Source: Octopus sinensis
Taxonomy: Eukaryota
Assembly: GCF_006345805.1 (NCBI RefSeq)
Contig: NC_042998.1
Coordinates: forward strand, 36,890,001-36,954,000
Direction of reading: 5' to 3'
DNA: 64,000 nucleotides
Of the stretch, positions 55,766 to 64,000 are shown piece after piece (position 1 is the first letter of the stretch; every line of letters starts with the position of its first letter). Made by a program: the position numbers and the translations under genes. The notes under the pieces are model-generated. The model did no database searches. It was not told the origin of the DNA and saw only the letters and a program-made list of their open reading frames with translations.

Positions 55766-58260
55766 AGTGTCTACTTATGTTTATCGTTATGTATATATCA
55801 ACTGACGAACGATCACCGAATATACAATCACACATACATCTTATACGGAAGCAATTGCCCAATATATAATTTCAGCACAAAAGCATTTCCTCGATCAAAG
55901 AATGATCCAACAATGATTACCTCTACATTTAGTTGCAGATAATGCACGATTTTCTATCTTAATATCTCATATAATAACTTAAATACCAGAAAATACCACC
56001 CTTGTCTTCCATATTTTTAAAATTCATTTTGGTGCATATTCTTTTTCTCAGCTATGCATATACTTGTTTTATCAGCTAGTCCTTTGGTCCTTTTAGTGGA
56101 AATATATTGTTGTGGCCAACTCAGCTGACTGAGATATATTAGTACAATGTTAATTGTGTTGTGGGTGGTAAAGGAGAGAAGCGCTCATCGGGATGTTACC
56201 TGGTCAAATGCTTTTTGGCTGCAATGTCTCATATTGGTAATGTACAATGTATCTAAGACTGCTTTATCAACTTTTCTCTGCTGATAGGGCGTGGTAAAAA
56301 CACGTGTGAATTCTACATTGCTTCTAGTAAATACAACAGTCAAGTAAATGCTGTCCACTGGATCGTTTTTGAATTCCTCGGCGTTATTGCCCTTAAGTTA
56401 CCTCTGGCATTTATTATCGACTCTTCGCATCAACTAGGAATGCAACTTCAGTGATTACCAATTTCATTGAACTTCATTTGTTTATTTATTTGTTTAAATA
56501 AATTTCATTAATTTACCTCTATAGTGAATATACCATTTTGAGTGTAGCTACTGGAGATAAAGGAGTTCTTCAATGGAAGAATAAATTTTCCGCTACTGAA
56601 GATAACCAGGTTTCAAATTATGAAGACAAGCTGTTTGACAGATTGAATTTACCACTCAACAGACGCTACACCAAATTGAATTCAACATCATTAGTCAAGT
56701 TGTGACAACAACACAAGAGACTTGCCCAGATTCCTACAAATTGGGAACAGGCCTAATACTACATATTTTAACTCCAAACTGATGTGTATACATTCAGCTT
56801 CACAGCCCTTGAGGTATTAACTCCAAAACAGCGAAATGATACAAGATGTAAGAAATGCTCATAATTTTTCCAATCTCCATTTATTCTTCCATCTTCTTTT
56901 GCCATAATATTGTATTTCTGTTGCCAATTGAGACGGTTCTAAATCAATTGATATAGTTTTCTAAACATCACACAAAAGACAACGTGAACTGTGAACAGCA
57001 GGCCAATCGCTGCAATTACAAACAAAAGTAAACAATGATTTCCAATATGATTTGTTTCGTTTCTTTGCTAAAGAGTTCTGTTTATTGTTGACAATATTTT
57101 TAATGGCTGTACAAAGAAAACAATGTAAATTAGCTATTTTTGCGTGCCGCTTCACAATGAAAATAGTGCTATGTTTGCATTGGGATTTTAATTATAAATT
57201 GTATTTTCAATATTGTGATCCAGTAAATGTTTAACACGGTACATACTATTGCTGTTACATATAACTTTGATTTCATAAATCTTAGAAATTGCAGATGGTG
57301 GAATTGATCTATATGCAAATGGCCAACACATGGACCTTTTCATTAGTGGAAACAACTGACAGAGTGCAGTTCTCATCACGGCTATATTTCGAAATATTCG
57401 ACTGTTCGATGCCATATCTGCACTATATTCGTACAAAAGTAACTTACGGTATCTAACTTTTAGCTTTACTAATAACAGATTATCTTTCTTCTTCTAGTTC
57501 CAAGACTATAGATATTGCCGAATTCATAACGAAAACGAAGAGGTAAAATACAAGAATGCCACTAAGAGGTACTCCTAATTGACGATGAAAATCTTATACT
57601 CATTTTCATGTTTATTTATTTTAAAAATTTAATAAAGTTAACATGTTCCCACACTGGTAGCATTAGAGATCGAGATGTAATTGAAGGGAAGGAATAAAAT
57701 GGTTTGGAAAGTATGCAGTCGATTCTTCTCACCCACTACCCAAGTATTTTAAATATATAAATATTAGCAATAGCTAAAACCTGAATCACCTCGTATATAC
57801 TCAACATTGTGCAGATCAATATTCCAATAACATTAATTTTGCGGTCAGCAGTGAAACCTTATATTCTCAGTTTTCTACATATTTTAATAAAGTATGCGAA
57901 GTGTTTAAAGCGACGAAATTAACTTTATGCATTGAATCATTTTATATAAAGTTCTTATTTATCAATATTCTAAAAGTGACTGTACATGCATTGATGTCAA
58001 ATTAAACAGATTTCGTCTCTTTATAAGTCCAAGCATCAAAGACTAAATACGTGTTCCTGGCTAATTCCATTATGCTGATTGCAAATTTATAATTTGACTT
58101 TTACAATCCCGTCTAAATTTTGTGTAAAATAGAAATAAGTTAGTAAAATTTCATTCCAGGTTCAAATTTTGGTTATAATCGGCTTAATCCTTTTCAGTGA
58201 ATTTCAACTATATACAAATTCTGATGATTCTGATCTATAAAATTAATCCCGAGTTGGCAA

Positions 58261-59446
58261 CACTGGGTAAAGAACATAGTAACGGCCCAACGGTCAGTCC
58301 CTACATGACAGTCACGTAGAGTGGCTTCTGAAATTCACTGCTAAGAAGCAAGTAACATATTGCGGTAACTTGTGTTTTTATTAGCATCTGTTTTGTAATT
58401 CGGTGTGTATTTCTTTTTTATTAATTTCATACTTTATAATTATTAATCTCTACGTTTTCTTTTTTTTCAGATATGGTCTGGTAATTAGAATGCAACTAAA
58501 TAGACGTGCTTGCGTAAACCATCCACACGTCTTCTAATTCTGTGGACAATATACACCAAAGCCAAAATGTAGCAACTTAGCAACAAACATTAAAATTGCC
58601 TACAAGTATTATTTTGACTGTAAGTTAGGAGAGCAAGAGAGGGAATGGGTACGTATTTTTGCAGTGAACTTTGCAAAGCAATGTTAATAGCTTGGAGGAA
58701 TGGTAAAAGAAAATCTCTGCTGGTGTTAGTCCTCGTGGTTTTGTGTGAGCCGAAAAATCCGTTCAATGATTATTTTAGTTTCATAAAGAAAAACAAACTA
58801 AAACTCATGTACCCAAACTGCGAATCAGCATTAAAACAAATCTACCACCAATTCCACAGGCATCTGTCCATCGGAAGATGGAGTAAATGTTCCAGATGCC
58901 ACCAGTTACTCACTTTAATTAAGTCAGGCAAAGTTAAATGACAGAGTGCGATTTGGAATTACCAAGATATAGGGCAGAGCTACTTGGTTCCAGACTTGAA
59001 GAATAGGAGCCAAACGCCAAATTTTCTGCCATCGCCATTTGTAGTTTTCATCATTTCACTTGCAGGAGGAAATATTTTGTTTCTGCCACGATATCAGCGA
59101 TGAAAAAGATTGGATTTCGCTATGATCCAAAAGAATGGAGACTGCTCACTGACTCTTGTAAAGATAGCCTCAGCTCAACGGCAATGAAAGATCTTCATCG
59201 CTGTTCACTAAACAGTTAAGTATGTTTAACATAAAACGTGGCACAGAAAAGTATATCAGATGACTTTCCTAAGTGGGTGAAAAAAAAAAGATGAAAAATA
59301 GGGGTTTTCGGTTACACAAAATCTGGACGTGATAGGGAAATTAGGTATAAGATTTGAAATTAGCAAATTGGCAATTTGGTAGGAATCAGTATTTACGTAT
59401 CTGTAACGAAACAAAATTAGCAAACATGAAATGTGTTGCTTACTGT
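58261..59446 (+). mobile_element. Probable Chapaev3-type (CMC) DNA transposon, internally deleted and decayed
   Basis: Starts CACTG. Acceptor TTTTCAG at 58470, then RRACVNHPHVF*FCGQY..IKIAYKYYFDCKLGEQEREW..CSELC..W.NGKRKS..EPKNPFNDYF, matching the recalled N-terminal Cys/His domain of this transposase family. The right terminus is degenerate. Confidence 0.6.
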
Positions 59447-60019
59447 AATTAACATGATGCGTTAATTACAAAATATTCTATCGATCTACGTTACACATAA
59501 TTTTGCTATGACTTGATATCATTTCTATAACATTCTGTTATCGATAAGAAGGAACTTTTGCAGTTGTAACGAGTAAGACACACTGAGCAGGATAGGCATA
59601 CATGTATTCATATAAAAATTGATTTTTTTCCCCACTGATCGCATATAGGCATTTTGAGTAGTTCTCGATATCACCCATTCTGAAATTCACATTTCATTCA
59701 AAATCGTTTATTCATGATAAATTCAAAGCTAAATTGCGTTTAACATACTGTCTCCTGTCATGAGGTTTTGTTAAACGATATTTTAATTGAAACGGTTATT
59801 AGATCAGAAGGGTGCATATCCGCTATATACAGATAATTTCCTACCTAGAACGTTTTATTTTTTTCAGACTTCAACATTGCTGCGATTTGAGCTTCCGCAT
59901 TTAATGGAATAAAATAGCAAATTAGGATACATTTATTCCTGTAGGAAAATTTCTTCCCGTATAATGCTTTAACACATTTCTATTTAATGTTTCTCCAAAA
60001 TGGTAATTGGTTGCTTGCG

Positions 60020-60727
60020 ATGACTAGTGCTCCAATTGACTGGATCAACGGAACAACGTGCACTTCCTGAAATTTGTTTCTACTCTAGGCACAAAGCCCG
60101 AAATTTTGGGGGAGGGAACCAGTCGATTAGATCGATCTTAGCACGCAACCGGTACTTAATTTATCGACCATGAAAGGATGAAATACAAAGTTGACCTCGG
60201 CGGAATTTGAACTCAGAACGTAACGGCAGGCGAAATGCCTATTTCATTACCTCCCACAAGGGGCTAAACACAGAGGGGACAAACAAGGACAGACAAACGG
60301 ATTAAGTCGATTATATCGACCCCAGTGCGTAACTGGTGCTTATTTAATCGACCCCGAAAGAAGGAAAGGCAAAGTAGACCTCGGTGGAATTTGAACTCAG
60401 AATGTTAATACAGACGAAATGCTGCCGAGCATTTCGTCCGGCGTGCTAACGTTTCTGCCAGCTCGCCGCCTTGCTCCTCCTGAAATTCACGTGCTCTTCA
60501 AAGACTCGTATCCTATACGTAGTTCGTAGGGAGATTCATTGTCACAGAGAATGTGACTAGGTGGATCCGGTTGATTACAGCTTTTGACTCATTTCCTGCC
60601 AGCTGAGTGGATTGGTGCCACATGAAATAAATTGTCTCGCTCAAGGACACAACGCGCTGCCTGCAATCGAACCCAAGATCTTACGCGTGTGGGCCAAATA
60701 CCCTAATCGCTAATCCACGCGCCTTCA
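60020..60727 (-). mobile_element. Family B SINE interrupted by a dimeric family A SINE
   Basis: Family B tail at 60020-60074 and the remainder at 60472-60727. Confidence 0.8.
60075..60471 (-). mobile_element. Dimeric family A SINE with a single TSD pair
   Basis: Two core units with different tails. TGCACTTCCTGAAATT (60059-60074) vs TGCTCCTCCTGAAATT (60472-60487), 2 mismatches. Confidence 0.88.
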
Positions 60728-62514
60728 CGGATATAAAATCCACTAAAGTTAATGTTAACTTGTTAGATTTATATTTTCGAAAATAGATAAATGTGTGAGG
60801 AATGTTGGTGCATTTTCACTGAAGTTTTACTGCCGTAAAGTAACTTTGTCCATAAGCTAATTCTGTTATTTAAACTTATTTTTAAAAATCGATTCTTGTT
60901 TGATTTCACAGTGTTGCATGAAAAAGTATAACATATTATTTTGAATAGTACAGTGCCAGGAAAAAAAAAAACTTTAACTTTCTGCATACTGACTTACTAT
61001 TTCTATGGTGTCTGCTGATGAAATAATGTGTAATTTCCTAAAGGTTAATATTCACTTGAAGTGAAATTGCATGTTACACTAATGGATACTTTTTGTTTGG
61101 TTTTGCACTACGTCCATTTCGGTCCCTGCATGTGAGCTTCCTTCTTTTTCATTTTATTCGCAGGCATCGGATATCTTATCGGAAACACAACTATTTCTAT
61201 TTAATCTCCCTTAATGAATTATCATTCATCAAATATGTTATTAATCTTTTCTGAATTCATTTTGATATATGATATATAAAAGCATACGTCCATCTTATTA
61301 GGGCGGATTATTTTCTAAAGTTCAAAGGTCATTTGTAGTTCAGATTTGAAAGACACGATATCAGGTTGGCTAATTTTCAGTTTTGTCAGTCTAAAATTAC
61401 ATACGTTGTATAGTAGTATAATTGTGTATGATCTTTCTGTAGCTATCGTAACCGTCAGTATCACGCTAGCACCGTTGACTTCGCTGCCAACTCTTTTCTT
61501 CTTCCTCTCTTAATGACTATTTCATCTTTCTCAATTAGATGTTTTATTCATTTCACTCATTTACTTTTTTTCTTATGGTCTCTGCATCGCTCGCTCAGCC
61601 TCACCGTCTTTTTCTCTTGATCATATTTCTCTTTTCTAAAAGAAACTGAAAAAAATAAAATACCTGAAAAATAATGAAATTGGTGTAAAATAACAAACAT
61701 ATATAAAACGACTGTAGTCATTTAACCCAGCATTATCTCCGACATGCTTTCTAAAATGATATAGTGAAACTTAAAACTTCTGATACTGCGCTCAGCTTAT
61801 ATAATTTAGTCAGTGACAAACATCTAATTTAAAATATATTGCTTGACGAATTTTATATTGCTGTAGAATAATGTAAAATCTTCACTCAGCTCATCAATAA
61901 ATATGTCAATATTGTCATTAAAGCAGAAATAAAGCATTTTTTATTTTCATTTTTATTTTAAATATTCAGCTGGCAGTTTAATTTCCCTGGCGTATTCAGA
62001 TTCAGTAATATTAGCTTTAGCCAAATGACACAAACAAAAAAGGTAGCATTTAAAAAAAGCAGAAGGAAAAAAATTGCCGAAAACGTATTCCTAAAGGGGG
62101 AAAAAGTGTATTTTAAATAAAACAAACGTTATTATAAACAAAACTTAAGCGATTTTTTATATCAACAACGATATATCTACGTGATAAATTATTAGAATAT
62201 ATTAATTTACATCACTGCAATTTCAATGATTTCAAAACAGAACATATTGATTGGAATATTAAAAAAAAGTACGCGTATTAAAGAGAGATGATTTATCAGT
62301 GACGTATGTTGACGATATAGTAATGGTATTAATTTTTGCCCTGGCAAGATTGATGAGAACTTTCAATGTTATGGTTGAGACTCATCTTATTCTCTTGGAG
62401 CGATATCAACAAGAAAATGGTATATTGACACTTTCAATTATCTAGATCATTATGTTTCGTTCATGCTCATATAGAAACCGTAATATATATTAAAATATTA
62501 TTCAGCAGGAAGCT

Positions 62515-63043
62515 TGTGGGGAGGGGTAAGTCGAATATATCGACCCTAGGGCTTAACTGGTTCTTATTTTGTTGATCCCGAAAAGATGAATGGAATAGTC
62601 GACCTCGGCTGAATTTGAACTCAGAACTTAAAGTCGGCCGTTCTAAACATTATTTTCTTTTCTAGGCACAGAGTCCGGAATTTTGGGGAAGGGGGCCAGT
62701 CGATTAGATCGACCCAAGTACGCAACTGGTACTTAATTCATCGACCCTGAAAGGATGTAAGGCAAAGTCGACCTCGGCAGAAACTCAGAACGTATAGACA
62801 GATGAAATACCTATTTCTTTACTACTTACAAGGGGCTAAATACAGAGGGAATAAACAAGGACAGAAAAACGGATAAGACGATTATATCAACACCAGTGCG
62901 TAACCGGTACGTAATTTATCGTCCCCGAAATGATGAAAGGCAAAGTCGACCTCGGCCGAATTTGAAATCTGAACGTAACGGCAGACGAAATACTGCTAAG
63001 CATTTCGCCCGGCGTTCTAACGTTTCTGCCAGCTCGCTGCCTT
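62515..63043 (-). mobile_element. Family A SINE fragment (62515-62640) plus dimeric family A SINE (62660-63043)
   Basis: Same two-unit architecture and junction as 60075-60471. Confidence 0.88.
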
Positions 63044-63228
63044 AACCTTTATATGTATATTAAGAATTAAATCTTTTAGGTGTTTACAGAAGTAATTTGT
63101 TGAATTCTCATAGTGATTCATTCATTATCATGTTAGAGAAATTCGAGCGTCTGACACAATTCTTTCGAGGTGTTTGTTCTAGTTACTATTATTCTAAGTT
63201 CAAATCCGTTCTTGGTCAACTTTTCCAC

Positions 63229-63525
63229 TCATACGTTAGCAGTTGAGAGAAAAAGCACCAATCCAAGCGGGTATTTTGACGGTATTGTAAAAACGTTAAT
63301 GCGGTCGCTTTGTCGCGTTTGGTCTTTGATTTCTTCTTCTATGTCAACTTGAGGGGTGAACATATCCTGTTCCCCAGTTTTACGCCACAACCTGCAATCT
63401 TTGGGGACTTGAGCAAGTTCCCTTAGTTCCAAGCATTCGGACCACATTCCAGGCTGGCAATAATTCTCTCTCTCCCTGCCATCAGTTTTGAAATCCCTGT
63501 AGCATGTCGTGTAATTCTTTAAGTT
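63229..63525 (-). CDS. Probable host coding exon of an unidentified cysteine-containing, possibly extracellular protein
   Basis: Branch-like CTAAT (63551-63555), a pyrimidine tract and CAG precede 63525. The stop-free frame reads NLKNYTTCYRDFKTDGRERENYCQPGMWSECLELRELAQVPKDCRLW...PLGLVLFLSTANV*. It ends at the stop at 63229 or at donor GTATGA at 63234. Confidence 0.55.
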   Translation of the reverse strand, partial: NLKNYTTCYRDFKTDGRERENYCQPGMWSECLELRELAQVPKDCRLWRKTGEQDMFTPQVDIEEEIKDQTRQSDRINVFTIPSKYPLGLVLFLSTANV

Positions 63526-64000
63526 CTGTCAAAGAAAGAAAAGAAAAACCATTAGCATTATCTAAAATCTTGGAAACAAGAATCTCCTTTCGGTTTTCTA
63601 AGATGTGCGCTTATAGTGAGGCTTATAAAGCGAAGGGATGTTCATATTTGACAACTTCATCCTTCATACTTAGATAGATATATTTTTCACCGCATACATT
63701 TCTGTCAGATATATGAGGGAGGTTAGTGAGTGAGACAATAAAAATACTGTCGAGAACTTCAGTGATACTTGATATTAGCGAACCCACAATCAGTAAGGCA
63801 TAATATCAAATCATAATATATAGTTTAGGCGTTAAGCTAGTAGAGTTATGACATACACATCTGAATATCAGTTTCTTTATTACGTTTATGTATGATTGTT
63901 GTTCAAATAACAAATTGTGAAAAAGAAAGCAAGCATTCATGGATTTATGAATGGTGAGAAGGCCTTCATAATTGATCATAATGCATTTTCTTTAAGTTCA

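Noticed and set aside
56100-56460. Minus-strand LPPT motif suggesting an Academ-like transposase
   Set aside because: It is a single short motif; the other expected motifs need several assumed frameshifts.
63326-63480. RTE-like 3' end (DCRLWR plus GAA repeats)
   Set aside because: The strong acceptor site and uninterrupted frame on both sides fit a host exon better.

Overview
AT-rich, gene-poor eukaryotic DNA with dense microsatellites, tRNA-headed SINEs and decayed LINEs. The repeat repertoire looks like a coleoid cephalopod (Octopus-like); this is an inference, not a database result. Almost all ORFs in the track are microsatellite artefacts or transposon relics. Mobile content: five Dong/R4-type non-LTR fragments and a non-coding partner element, all associated with (TAA)n; several Penelope-like (PLE) relics; RTE/BovB, CR1-like, mariner and probable Chapaev3 fragments; an apparently complete non-autonomous Helitron; Helentron-type HINEs; and four SINE families. 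The most striking signal is a set of short PLE-terminus-derived elements, four of them fold-backs beside (TA)n tracts. They carry type I hammerhead ribozyme motifs with palindromic stem III, often a greatly enlarged stem II, and in one family a CCGACGA core. Host-gene signal is limited to one well-bounded minus-strand coding exon near 63.2-63.5 kb, a probable decayed 7TM receptor gene near 39-40.2 kb and a weak cadherin-like relic. All calls were made by eye and boundaries are approximate unless stated.
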